Source: Eledone cirrhosa
Lineage: Eukaryota
DNA: 64,000 nt
Direction of reading: 5' to 3'
Assembly: GCA_964016885.1 (NCBI GenBank)
Contig: OZ024742.1
Span: 277,202,001-277,266,000, forward strand
The notes beneath the pieces are model-generated. The model had not been told where the DNA came from. It was given only the letters and a program-made list of their open reading frames with translations, and made no database searches. The stretch's first letter is position 1. The number at the start of each line of letters is the position of its first letter. The position numbers were made by a program, and so were the translations under genes. Of the stretch, positions 12,761 through 25,555 are shown in pieces.

Positions 12761-14438
12761 TTAACACTATGTAGACTAAATTTAAATACTAACTCTACAA
12801 ATCAATGAATTAATCCTTTGATTTTAAGCATGTAATATAATAAAAAGAAAAGCATTGTTTTAGATAAACTTGAATTATTTTACCTTCATGAAATGATTCA
12901 TTGTTGTTCTTATTGTTTGGCTGCCAAGCCAGCTCTGATCAAACAAAAACTGTTTTACCCTTTCATTACCATAGTTCTCATAAAATACATTGTATTTGAA
13001 TTAATCAACGGAGAATTTGTAGGGATTTACTAGAATTATTTCAATTATTAAGATGGTATTTGTAACATAACAGCAAGGTTTTTATATAAAATTATGTTTG
13101 AAGATTTTAATTTAAATAGGAATCATAGAACCAGAGGCAGGTTTGGATGAGTTAGTATCAAATGAGTTAAAACAATAAAAAAAAATGATTGATATTGAAC
13201 TCAGCAACACCTTGAAAAGAAGAGTAAATTGTCATTTAAATTGAATCATCACTGTTTGTTATTGCTTAGTCAGTGATCAAAACCTATCTAACATACCTAT
13301 TATCAAAGGTATTCTGTCTGTGACCATCACATCTTTTAGTTTAGACATAGAGTAACAGTGAATATATTAGGTAGTGTGTCCTTCACTTTTTAAAGACGCT
13401 AACATGTGATTTTAGAGAGATTTGTCTGATATTTATAGCTATCTATAGATTGAGGGATATTGTCCTTAGATTAGAGATTAAAAAGACCAATTTTCTAAAC
13501 ACAAGTGATAGGGTGTGTGTTGAGAAAGATCTGGCAGTTACATTTACCATGCTGAGCAGCACCAACTATAGAAAACAAATTATGAGAAGACCAAAGACTT
13601 ATTGAAGGCCATTTTGGCTAATACACTGAGTTAGTGGAGAGATGGAGGGATTATTTAGAAGTTTCCTATTAGAAAAGCTGCAACAACATATAGCAACAAT
13701 GGCAAAACAACAACAGTAATGACGTAACAGCAAATGAAAACCTCTATAAGTTGCATGACTTATTAGAAACAGCAGCTAAATTTTTCTCAAATTTTGCCCT
13801 ACAACTTTAACAGAGAAAGATACATTGGATAGCATAGACCCTGATCTACAACAAAAATATAGAATTGTCATCGCTGGAATGTATTTGATTATAGGTCTAC
13901 TCAATCAGAGCTGACCTGGAGCTAAACAGCAACAAAAATGATTTGTTGAATGCAACTGGCTGCTATACTTGCACACTTGCACAACTGGAATGACTGGCTG
14001 CAGAGAAATTTATATTAGTGGTTTGTAAATAATGTTGTTTAATTATAATGTACAGTTTGGCCAGGTGCAATAATTAAAGCATAGTGTGCTGCTTCACTTT
14101 CATGAATAAATAAATGAGACCAGAAATCATAAAAGAAACTGAGATTCAATAGAAACAAACAACAAACTAAATAAAACCAAACAGTCTAGCTCTGATATAA
14201 AATATTACAGATACAAATGGAAGCTCCATAATCAAAATGACATAGTAATTACTACTGTCTGGCTGTACAAGGAATGTACAAAGTTAAAAAAACAAAACAA
14301 AGAACAATTTCAATATTTAAGACAGCCTATTGGATAACCAATGAGAAAACTTCTATGTAGTCTCTCACTCGACCTCCTAAAATATGTCAAATTTCCCTCA
14401 AATCATTCCTATTGCCTTAACCCTTTAGTATTTACATT

Positions 14439-17120
14439 TACGAGTCCCTAATACACACTACTGCTCTAACAGACGACAAGGACTTCCTAATCATTGCAGG
14501 AGATTTTAACGGACATGTAGGTAAACACTGCGATGGCTTCAATAGAGTACATGGAGGCCATGGAGTTGGCACAAGGAATGAGGAAGGATTCAGACTTCTA
14601 GAATTCTGCGACGCCAATGACATGTCGATATGTAACACAAACTTTAAAAAACCCGACAACCACCTGATCACCTATAGATCAGGGGAGCACTCTAGTCAGT
14701 TAGATTTTATCCTCATCAGAGGACGTGACAGATGGACGGTCGTAAACACAAAAGCCTTCCCTAGTGAGGAATGTACATCCCAACATAGCTTAGTTGTCAG
14801 CGACCTCACGGTCAGAACTAGACGAACCCGGAAACAGAGGCCAACCTGGAGAAGAAAGATCTGGAAGCTGAAAGTCCCCTCAACCAGTAACAGATTTAAA
14901 GATATTTTACTCAACGCCTACGACAGTAAAGAAGAACAGATAGAGACATTTAACGTAGAAGAGAACTGGGAGTTCCTAAAAAATAACTTACTAGAGGCGA
15001 CGGATGAGGTTTGTGGCTGGAGTAAGACCTCAAGCAGGAGGAGAGTGACTTGGTGGTGGAACAATAAGGTAGATGAAGCAGTCAAGGCCAAGAGACAGGC
15101 ATGGAAAGAATGGAAGAACGGAGGGAGCAGGGTACATTACATAGAGACCAAGAGGGAAGCTAGGCGACAAGTATACTTAGCTAGGAGGGAAGCAGAGGAT
15201 AGAAAATTCAAGCATGTTTTACAACGTGAGGACCAGAAACAGGAGGTATTCAAGATTGCGAGGCAGTGTGTCAGAGATAGTTGTGATGTCATTGGAGAGA
15301 AGTGTATCCGGAATGATAAAGGTGAGCTTGCCCTCACAAGTGCTGAGAAGAAAGATGCATGGAAGAGTCATTATGATAGATTACTAAATGAGGAGAATGC
15401 ATGGGAAGAAGAGACCCTACCCCACGTAGACCCTATAGAGGGACCAGCAGTACAAGTCAGCGGCAGCGTAGTAAGTAAGGCAATCAGAGATATGAAGATA
15501 GGGAAGGCAACCGGTCCATCGGGTATAGCTGCCGAGATGCTGAAGGCATCTGGGTCTGTAGGTCACACTATAACCACACGTATTGTTAACCAGGTAATAC
15601 TAGAAGGGGCCATACCAAAAGATTGGTGCAGTAGCATCATTGTCAACTGCTACAAAGGTAAAGGCGATGCACTAGATAGAGGAAACTATAGAGGTATAAA
15701 GTTGATGGACCAGGTCATGAAAGTAACAGAAAGAGTTATAGCACAGCTGATTAGGGACCGGGTGAATATAGACGAGATGCAATTTGGGTTTGTACCAGGG
15801 AAAGGCACCACTGATGCCCTCTTCCTTGTGAGGCAATTACAGGAAAAGTACCTAGCTAAAAGTAAGCCAATCTACTTGGCATTTGTCGACCTTGAGAAAG
15901 CCTTTGACAGAGTTCCACGTGCAGTAATCTGGTGGGCTCTTAGAAAACTAGGAGTAGATGAATGGCTTGTAAAAGCGGTACAAGCCATGTATAGGGGAGC
16001 AGTCAGCAAAGTTAGGATTAGCAATGAGTATAGCGAGGAATTTAGCGTACAGGTTGGGGTCCACCAGGGCTCTGTTCTTAGCCCTCTCCTGTTCATCATA
16101 GTCCTGCAGGCAATAACGGAGGAGTTTAAGACCGGATGCCCATGGGAACTCCTGTATGCTGATGACCTCGCACTCATAGCTGAATCTATGGTAGAACTAG
16201 AGAAGAAATTCCAAACTTGGAAGCAGGGACTAGAAAGAAAGGGTCTCAAAGTCAACATGACAAAGACTAAGGTCCTTGTAAGTAGACGAGAAAACAGAAC
16301 CCAGATCCGCTCAGGGAAATGGCCTTGCTCAGTATGTAGGAAAGGTGTAGGTAGGAACTCCATTCTCTACCCCAAATGCAAACAATGTGTACACAAGAGA
16401 TGTAGCGGAATCTCGGGAAGCTTAATTAAGAATGTAGGCTTCACATGTAGCAGCTGTGCTGAGACAGCAAGCAGCAAACAGCCACAGGAAACAAGTACCA
16501 CCAATCTCTGGGAGGGCTCTGTAGAAACAGTAGACAGCTTCTGATACCTAGGTGACCGAATTATCAACGGAGGTGGGTGCTCAGAAGGTACAATAACTAG
16601 GGTAAGAACGGGATGGAAGAAGTTTAGGGAACTACTACCACTGCTAGCTGCAAAAGGCTTCTCCCTCAGAATGAAAGGCAGACTGTATGATGCGTGTATC
16701 CGAACAGCGATGTTGCATGGTAGTGAGACCTGGGCGCTGAAGGTGGAAGACTTACGTAGATTAGAGAGAAACGAAGCCTGCATGCTCCGATGGATGTTTA
16801 ACAGTAATATACGTGAACGACAAAGCATAAAGGAATTGAGAGAGAGACTGAGCATAAGATGAATCAAATGCTGCATGCAGGAGAGGCGGTTACGCTGGTA
16901 TGGACATGTGATGCGTATGAAGGATGACAGCTGCATAAAAAGGTGCAGAGCACTAGAAGTTGATGGAAACCGCGGAGTGGGGAGACCCAAGATGACTTGG
17001 GATGAGGTGATAAAAGCCGACCTTACCCAACTACACCTCTCAAAGTCAATGACACACGACCGTGACTTCTGGCGTCACGCAGTAATACAGGGTACCCGAC
17101 CTCTCATGGGTACATGCTGA
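14439..17120 (+). pseudogene. RTE ORF (APE C-terminal part + reverse transcriptase + PHD-like finger) with two in-frame stops
   Basis: Track ORFs starting at 14622, 16671 and 16875 share one frame, broken only by TGA at 16542-16544 and 16860-16862 (R and G in copy B). Confidence 0.9.
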
Positions 17121-17420
17121 AGCATATAAACAATATGCCCCCACTCCCCCCACCGCAAGGTGGTCGTGGAGGTGCCACGGCAAAAAAGTACCCAGCCCAC
17201 ACTGTAAAGTGGACGTGTAGGCGCCACGAAAAAGCACCCAGCACTCACTGTAAATGAGGTTGGTGTTAGGAAGGGCATCCAGCTGTAGAAATCAAGCCAG
17301 ATCAGTTCCTGTATGAGCAAGGCATGGTCAGCCGACCAGACACTGCCCACAACAGGACAACCCGTCTAACCCATGCTAGCGTGGAAGAACGGACGTAAAA
17401 CGGTGATGATGATGATGATG
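14439..17420 (+). mobile_element. RTE-clade LINE copy A, 5'-truncated within the APE domain
   Basis: APE motifs GDFNGHVG, SQLDFIL, SQH; RT QFGF, FVDLEKAFD, GVHQGSVLSP, YADD; 3' UTR; (GAT)n tail. Confidence 0.95.
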
Positions 17421-17696
17421 ATTACTCCATATTTGCTATTAGATTTTCACAGTAAAGGCTTTACTTCACATAATTATCTCACATTATATCGAATCTATGA
17501 GATTTTGATATTATTTATTTTGAGAACAATACCTTAACATAAGTATGAGCAGTCGGTTACAGCCGGTTTGAACAGAAAGAGGTGAAAGAATTTTTGCCAG
17601 ACACAGCCGGTTTAAATGCTAAAGGGTTAAAAGAGGAAAGACATAGTGAATAACGTGGTTATAAATTTATTTTTAATAAAGCAATGTCTGGATGAT

Positions 17697-17945
17697 TATG
17701 GCTGAGTGATTAGAGTGTTGGGCTCACAATTGTGAGGTTGTGAGTTTGATTCCTAGACTAGGCAATGTATTATGTCCTTTAGCAAGGCACTATATTTCAC
17801 ATTACTCCAGTTCACTTAGCTGGAAAAAATGAGTTGTGATGATGCTAGTGCCAAGGTATATCATCCTTTGCCTTTCCCTTGGAAACATTAGGGACATGGA
17901 GAAAGAAAACTGCCATGTATGGACAACTGCTGGTCTTCTTGAGAC
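17697..17945 (+). mobile_element. tRNA-derived SINE (family 1), diverged
   Basis: tggctgagtgattagag...gtttgattcc...tgtcctttagcaaggcactatatttcacattactccagtt. Confidence 0.65.
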
Positions 17946-18107
17946 ATAAGCTCAACTAAAGAAACATTTTAAGCCTGCAAGGGGAATTTCTGATGCCTTA
18001 AAAAGTCAGTACAGGAATAAAACCCCTGTTGTTCTAAAACATCTCAGGTTTTATGTTAATATAAGCAACAAATATTTGCTACAGTTTGGTTGGCTAGGGT
18101 TAACCTC

Positions 18108-20584
18108 TCATCATCATCATCATCATCATCAACGTTTAACGTCCGTGTTCCACGCTTGCATGGGTTTGGACGGGGGTAGTCCCACTTGAGGCAAGAGTGA
18201 TTGTCTTGCTCGCATAGGACTGTCTGGCAGGTTTTCTACAGTTGGATGCCCTTCCTAACACCAACCACATTTACAGTGTGGGTCTGGGAGGTTTTTACCG
18301 TGTTGCCTACACGACCACATTACAGCGTGGACTGTGTTTTTTTGTCGTGACACCTACACGACCTCATTTGTTTCGGCCTGGATGGTGTGGCACCAACATA
18401 ACTTTACATAGAACGGGGTGGTGTGGATGGGGTGGGGGTGGGGGTGGTGGGACGGGGTGTATTTTGTTAGAGATGCCTACTGGCTGTAGTAGGTTTTACT
18501 ATGTATTTAGGTAAGGCGGGTCTTCTCTGTTACTGAGTACCGCCAAAGGTCTCGGTCCAGTGACATTGTCTTGGAGAGGTGTAAGTGTGTGAGGTCGGAG
18601 TTTATCAGCTCGTCCCAGGTTTTTCTAGGTCTGCCTATTCCGTGGCTACCGTCTATCTTTATTGCACTGCACTTTGTTATACAGCTATCGACTTTCATGC
18701 GCATCACGTGTCCATACCAACGTAGCCTTCTCTCGAGTAAACAACATCTGATCCCTCTTATTTCTAATTTTTTCCTTAGTTCGTTTATGCTTTGCCGTTC
18801 ACGTATATTACTGTTACACATCCAGCGGAGCATGCAAGCTTCGTTCCTCTCTAGTCTGCGTATATCCTCTGCACACAATGCCCAGGTCTCACTGCCATGC
18901 AACATTGCTGTTCGTATGCAGGCACCGTACAACCTGCCTTTCATTTTTAGGGAGAACCCTTTAGCAGCTAATAGTGGTATTAGCTCTCTGAACTTTTTCC
19001 AACCAGTTCTGACTCTAGCTACTGTACTTTCAGAGCACCCTCCCCCACTGCTGATTTTATCACCCAGGTAACGGAAGCTGTCCACTATTTCTATAGAACC
19101 CTCTGCGCAATTGAAAGAGCTAGTATTTTTTGGGCACTTGCTGCTACTTATTGCACCAGAGCACCGGCCACATGTAAAATCTATGTTCTTAGTTAGCTTA
19201 CCTGTGATCCCACTACATCTTTTATGCACCCATACTTTGCATTTAGGACATAAAATGGAGTTTCTACCTACGCCTTTCCTACACACCGAGCACGACCATT
19301 TCCCAGAAGGGACCGCCGCCTTATTTTCTTTCCTACAAACTAGAACTTTAGTCTTAGCCAGGTTAATTTTAAGTCCTTTTGATTCTAGGCCGTGCTTCCA
19401 TGTTTGGAATTTCTTCTCTAGCTCGGCCATTGATTCCGCTATGAGTGTCAGGTCGTCTGCGTATAGGAGTTCCCATGGGCAGCCGGTCTTGAACTCCTCT
19501 GTTATAGCCTGAAGGGCAATAATAAATAGTAGGGGGCTGAGAACAGAGCCCTGATGGACGCCAACTTTTACGCTAAACTCTTCACTATATTCGTTGTTAA
19601 TTCTAACCTTGCTGACTGTTTCTTTATACATGGCTTGTATAGCTCTCACAAGCCATTCGTCAACGCCTAGTTTTCTAAGAGCCCACCAGATAATGGAACG
19701 GGGGACTCTGTCGAAGGCTTTCTCCAAGTCGACAAAAGCTAAGTAGAGGGGTTTACCTTTAGCTAGGTACTTCTCCTGTAGTTGTCGTACAATGAAAAGA
19801 GCGTCTGTCGTACTTTTGCCTGACACAAACCCGAACTGCATTTCATCTAGATCAATTCTCTCTCTGATTAGTTGTGCTATTACTTTTTCCGTGACCTTCA
19901 TGACCTGGTCGATTAATTTAATGCCTCTATAGTTACTCCTATCTAGGGCGTCTCCTTTACCCTTATAACAGTTAACGATGATGCTGCTATGCCAGTCCTT
20001 CGGAACAACCCCATTCTGTACGACTTGGTTAACTATGCGGGTGACCATGGTGTGTCCCACCGTGCCAGATGTCTTCAACATCTCAGCAACTATTTCCGAA
20101 GGCCCAGCCGCCTTACCCGTCTTCATATCCTTGATTGCCTTACTTATTATACTCCCCTCGACTAACACTGCTGGTCCCTCTATTGGGTCGATGTGGGGGA
20201 GACTGTCTTTCTCCCATTTATTCTCCTCATTTAGTAGCCTTTCATAGTGACACTTCCAAGCTACCTTCTTATCAGCGTCGGTGATGGCAAGTATGCCATC
20301 ATCGTTAAGTACACACTTCTCCCCGACAATATCACGGTTTTCCTTGATGCATTGCCTAGCAATCCTGAACACCTCATGTTTCTGGTCCTCGCGTTGTAGA
20401 ACATGCTTGAACTTTCTTTCCTCAGCTTCCCTTCTTGCTAAGTACACTTGTCTCCTAGCCTCCCTCCTGGCCACTTGATAATCTTCTCTACTTCCCCCAT
20501 CCCGCCATACTTTCCAAGCCTGCTTTTTAGCCTTAATTGACTCCTCCACCTTACTGTTCCACCACCATGTTACTCTCCTAGATC
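18108..20584 (-). mobile_element. RTE-clade LINE copy B, 5'-truncated (no APE)
   Basis: (CAT)n tail on the + strand at 18108-18130, 3' UTR, uninterrupted RT frame starting at RRVTWWWN. Confidence 0.95.
18507..20549 (-). CDS. RTE reverse transcriptase with PHD-type zinc finger (5'-truncated, frame intact)
   Basis: 680-aa ORF with NYRGIKL, QFGF, FVDLEKAFD, GVHQGSVLSP, LYADD, C4HC3 finger, FRYLG, RRLRWYGHV, GRPRKTW. Confidence 0.85.
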   Translation of the reverse strand: MEESIKAKKQAWKVWRDGGSREDYQVARREARRQVYLARREAEERKFKHVLQREDQKHEVFRIARQCIKENRDIVGEKCVLNDDGILAITDADKKVAWKCHYERLLNEENKWEKDSLPHIDPIEGPAVLVEGSIISKAIKDMKTGKAAGPSEIVAEMLKTSGTVGHTMVTRIVNQVVQNGVVPKDWHSSIIVNCYKGKGDALDRSNYRGIKLIDQVMKVTEKVIAQLIRERIDLDEMQFGFVSGKSTTDALFIVRQLQEKYLAKGKPLYLAFVDLEKAFDRVPRSIIWWALRKLGVDEWLVRAIQAMYKETVSKVRINNEYSEEFSVKVGVHQGSVLSPLLFIIALQAITEEFKTGCPWELLYADDLTLIAESMAELEKKFQTWKHGLESKGLKINLAKTKVLVCRKENKAAVPSGKWSCSVCRKGVGRNSILCPKCKVWVHKRCSGITGKLTKNIDFTCGRCSGAISSSKCPKNTSSFNCAEGSIEIVDSFRYLGDKISSGGGCSESTVARVRTGWKKFRELIPLLAAKGFSLKMKGRLYGACIRTAMLHGSETWALCAEDIRRLERNEACMLRWMCNSNIRERQSINELRKKLEIRGIRCCLLERRLRWYGHVMRMKVDSCITKCSAIKIDGSHGIGRPRKTWDELINSDLTHLHLSKTMSLDRDLWRYSVTEKTRLT

Positions 20585-21364
20585 TAAATATATATTAGAC
20601 TTACAGAGGACTAATAGATATTGATTGCTTGATTGATTATATGCAACACTTGTCTGCTTGTCAAAGAGGACATCTCAGAAGATTTATCCACATTAGAAGT
20701 GATTGAATGATGAACTTAGTTTAAACACTACAAAGTAAACCTTAACTCTTTGGGATCAGCAAAACCTCCCATCTTTATTGTCGTGAGAAAGTTTAGGGAC
20801 CTACCTTTGCATCTCTATTCAAGTCAGTACTGAATCTCCCTGTACGGATGTTCACCTGTTTATGTCCGGCCAAAAAAAACCGAGAGTCAATCATAACACT
20901 CATGAACATGGACGTCCACACGCTAACACGTCCTGACCAAAAGAGCATGCAAAAAGCCCATGAACTCTGATGTCACACCACTGGCCCCTTGCTTCCAGTA
21001 AGACCTCCCCTCCACTTCTGGTACCCTAGCCACATATTTATGTAGAAGTTTTATAGTAAGTTAGCTTGCTTGAGCTGATCTTTCTCCAAGATAAAACTCA
21101 TTGAAGATTAAAAAAATTAATTTTATTCACCACATGCCTATTTCCAATTTTAATTAATCAAGAAGTGTAATTAACCCATTTTCTTTTTTTTTTGTCTTAA
21201 TTTGTAGTTGTCACTCCTGCCTGTCTTGGCATTTGTTCAATATTTTCATCTCCTAGATACACTTAAGTCTTAATCAATTAAAGTTTTCTTGTTTACCATG
21301 TTAAGTGTGTTCATTCATTGATGTTTAGCTCGAATGCAGCGCTGTTATCTATGAAAAATACTCA

Positions 21365-21530
21365 GTAATAATTGTTTCTAATTTTGGCACAAGGCCAGCA
21401 ATTTCCACAGTGCATTACTGGTACTTTATTTTATCGACAATGAAAGGCAAAATTGAAGTTGCCGGGATTTGAACTCAGAACGTAAAGGGCCATAATTGTA
21501 TGCTGCAAAGCTTGGTGTGATAGAGTTATA
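21365..21530 (-). mobile_element. tRNA-derived SINE (family 2)
   Basis: ggcacaaggccagcaat...ctggtactttattttatcgac...gggatttgaactcagaa. Confidence 0.7.
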
Positions 21531-21814
21531 ATGCTACAGTGTTATTAATTACTTAGAGTTGTTAAGTGTACTTTATTCATTAGTTTATACTACAGCATTG
21601 TTAACTTTTTATAGTTGTGAATTGTAGATGATTTCCTGCTTGAAATTATTTCATACCACTCCTATTGATAATGTTTTTGAAAAAGACAAGAAGAGTAACA
21701 CTACTAATTCCATCTCGTTTTCAAGACATCAATATGTTCAACTAATACATACAATTAATTACAGTTTCTCCAGTAAAAAATACAATGTTATTTTTAAAAA
21801 ACCCACTCAATCCA

Positions 21815-22232
21815 ATGTGATAAGGTTGAGATACAAAACCTACATTAGTCCTTCTAGCTAAATCTATTAAAGAACTAGAAAATAAGTTTCGACTATGGAA
21901 ACAGAATTTGGAATCCAATGGTCTGAGAGTAAACTTAGCCAAAACTATAGTACTAGTGAATAGGAGAGAAGACCGCATTGGTATGGACATGTGATGTGCA
22001 TGGACAATGATTGCTGGCACTTCTTCACCCTGAGGAAGGAAGCCGCAGTAGAGGCCGACCAAGAAAGACCTGGGCAGAGGTTGTGAGAGCTGATCTCAAA
22101 TTGCTGAGACTCACAGAGGAGATGATGAAGGAATCAATGGGCGGAGAGAAGCCGTACTAAGAAGGATCTGTCCAACCTATGCAAGCATGGAAAAATGGAT
22201 GTAAAAATGATGATGATGATGATGATGATGAT
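21815..22232 (+). mobile_element. degenerate, internally deleted RTE LINE 3' fragment
   Basis: LLAKSIKELENKFRLWKQNLESNGLRVNLAKT joined to HWYGHVM; (GAT)n tail. Confidence 0.75.
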
Positions 22233-22328
22233 ATATATACAGTATATATATATATATATAAGTGCATAGATATATATATAGGCAAAGAAAAGCGGACATA
22301 AAATGATGATGATGATATATGTATATGA

Positions 22329-22638
22329 TCATCACTATCATCACCGTTTTACGTCCATTCTTCCATGCTAGGATGGGTTAGACAGGTTGTCCTGTTGTGG
22401 GCAATGCCAGGTGGGGTGATGAGGTCTTGCTCATACGGGAACTGATTTTGGCTTGATTTCTACAGCTGGATGCCCTTCCTAACACCAACCTCATTTACAG
22501 CGTGGACTGGGTGCTTTTTTGTCATGACACCTCCATGACCACTTTGCAGTGGGAGGGGTTGGGGGCATATTCTCTATATGCTTCAGCTTCGGCTTGTATT
22601 CGTAGGAAGTCGGGTCTTCTGCATTACCGTGTAATGCC
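22329..22638 (-). mobile_element. RTE 3' end (copy A subfamily)
   Basis: Reverse-complement match to 17075-17410; flanked by (TA)n. Confidence 0.85.
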
Positions 22639-22689
22639 TTATATATATTTATATATATATATATATACATATATATTTATATATAATAA

Positions 22690-23432
<743 letters not shown>

Positions 23433-23905
23433 GAGTTATAGGTAGATATATAGATATAAATATATATGTATATATATAAAGTAGTAAAATCCCACACTAT
23501 GGACTTGTATAATTGTGCATGTGTGTGTATCTGGAAAACTAGATGTAAAAAGAATGATGATGTGTGGGTGTGTCTCTATAATAGGGTCTTTATGCTTCTG
23601 TCTGGACATTTAAGTCAACATTTTCTAACTACTATCAGCACATACGCTTACCAACATGATTACAACAATTAATAACTGTATACTCAGGACCTGTAGATCC
23701 AGTGAATCTAGTTAATCTACTTTAGGGTTGTTTTTTTTTTATATGTTCAATAAACATTTAGGCTTTAGTTGAAGCATAACTGAAAGACATAGAAATATAT
23801 TTGGACCACATTTATAGAGGAGGTGAATGAAAGTTGATGTTTATGCCTTTCTCATTAGGATTAATATTTTAAGTGAATTGACTGGATGCAGACAATTATT
23901 TGGTA

Positions 23906-24472
23906 CTAGCAGTGGTACCCGGCGTTGCACGGGATAAGGTATTGTGAAATATATAACCGCCTTAGCTAAGCTTAGTATTGCCACAACCACGGCTGGCAAA
24001 GAAGTAAGGGTCTGGTGGTACGTAAGTAAGCAACACTGTGGTTTAAAACGTGAGGAAGAAGTTGTGTGCACTTACCAACTGTTTGGGGAATGAGTGTGAG
24101 ATTTGTCTTGAGCAATATAACCGGAGGCAGCAGACACATATTATAAGGGCATGTTCTGGACGCAGAGCGAATTGTAGGAAGTGACGTAATGCAGACAGCC
24201 AGAGATACAGACAGATATTATAAGGGCGCGACGTTATATGTATGCATCTATCTAAAAAGAGAAAGACTAAGAATTATAGAGAGAGATAGCTAAATCACTT
24301 AATGCGGTGTCTAGGACATTGAAAATTTTAATTTTATTTTGCTCAGAACACTCCCTGCAACATAAGTATTACATGTGTAAAGTTTGAAAACAGTCGGTTG
24401 GGTGCTTCTCTAGTTTTAGGGATTCAAACTCACACACACACACAGACATCCCCAGTTTTATATATATATAGA
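23906..24472 (-). mobile_element. non-autonomous Helitron
   Basis: Minus strand starts TC-TATATATATAAAA and ends with hairpin CCCGTGCAACGCCGGG plus CTAG; inserted between A and T, no TSD; the joined flanks resemble the neighbouring repeat copy at ~24595. Confidence 0.8.
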
Positions 24473-25099
24473 TAAATGTAAAAAATACTGATTTCTTATT
24501 TTGGTTCAGAATCTCTGTTATATTGGGGGATGTGGAGGGGATTTTGTGATGTTCATGCCTTTCTCATGTGAATGAACTGATTGGACACAGGCAAATATTT
24601 GGTCTAAATTAAAAAAAGATGCAATAGAGGGAAGTGAAATTTTGTAATATTTATTCCTTTCTCAAGTTAACAAAGCTAACAAATGGAGTTAACTAAAGTA
24701 GCTTCATTTAAAACTTTGGTTGATATAATTTAGTACCCCAATCAAATCCCACAGGAGTTGACTTTTCTTTTCATACTTCTGGGGTGTGGGGGTTGATAAA
24801 ATATATACTCGTAATATTGTTTTAACCTGGCCATATCTGCATTGCAAAAAAAAAAAAAAAATTGCTTTTGCAAATGTAGGAGATACTCCAGCTCTGACCA
24901 GTTAATTAAATAACTCTCTACAATGTTCATGTTTATGACTTACACCGACTACTTTCCATACATCTGGGATACTTCTGTTGCTGCTATTACTCAGGCAAAC
25001 ATCTCTGGCAGAATCCAAAAAGAAAGCTAAAATCTGACTGACTGGCAAAGGTTCACTCACCAACAGACAACAATGACTGACTTAGAGACATGCAATTTT

Positions 25100-25555
25100 T
25101 TTTGTCTTTGTGGGACTTTGTGATACAGTGTGACAATGAGATTGAACATTGAAGACCAGATGTTGTATTAATTGAGAAAGAAATCAAACAGTGTTGGATC
25201 ATAGCTATAGCCTGTACAGCTGATAACAAGGTATTTGATAAAGAAGGAAAAAAATTGATAGATATGACAGCTTGGGAGATTAAGCAGTTGTGGTCAATAA
25301 AAAAGGTGATGGTAATACCAATAATAGTTAGAGTCTTGGGAACAGTGAGCAGAGATCTTGAGGTATACATCAAACAAATAGGGATTGAAATACAGACGGA
25401 ACACTTACAAAAAACAGCATTGCTTGAACAGCTTGAATACTCCAGAGGGTACTCGAAAAATAAGGGGTGTGACCTCAGTTCATTGGTAGTAAACAACTAA
25501 CACTGTAATACATCTCCAGCGTTAGAAGCTGAGCAAAGAAACAATAACAATAATA
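25100..25555 (+). mobile_element. degenerate R4/Dong-like LINE 3' end (restriction-like endonuclease)
   Basis: LWDFVIQCD..IEH.RPDVVLI...WEIKQLW...VIPIIV..LGTV...LQKTALL; (TAA)n tail. Confidence 0.75.

Larger units (their letters stand above)
14417..17630. mobile_element. piggyBac-type MITE split by an RTE insertion
   Basis: Inverted termini TTAA-CCCTTTAGTATTTACA (14417) and TTTAAATGCTAAAGGG-TTAA (17630); CCC ends with a TTAA TSD are piggyBac hallmarks. Confidence 0.75.

Noticed and set aside
16542-16862. Programmed stop read-through in RTE copy A
   Set aside because: Copy B has sense codons at both positions; these are simple nonsense mutations.
15872-20478. Antisense ORFs over the two RTE elements
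   Set aside because: Shadow frames of the RT coding strand.
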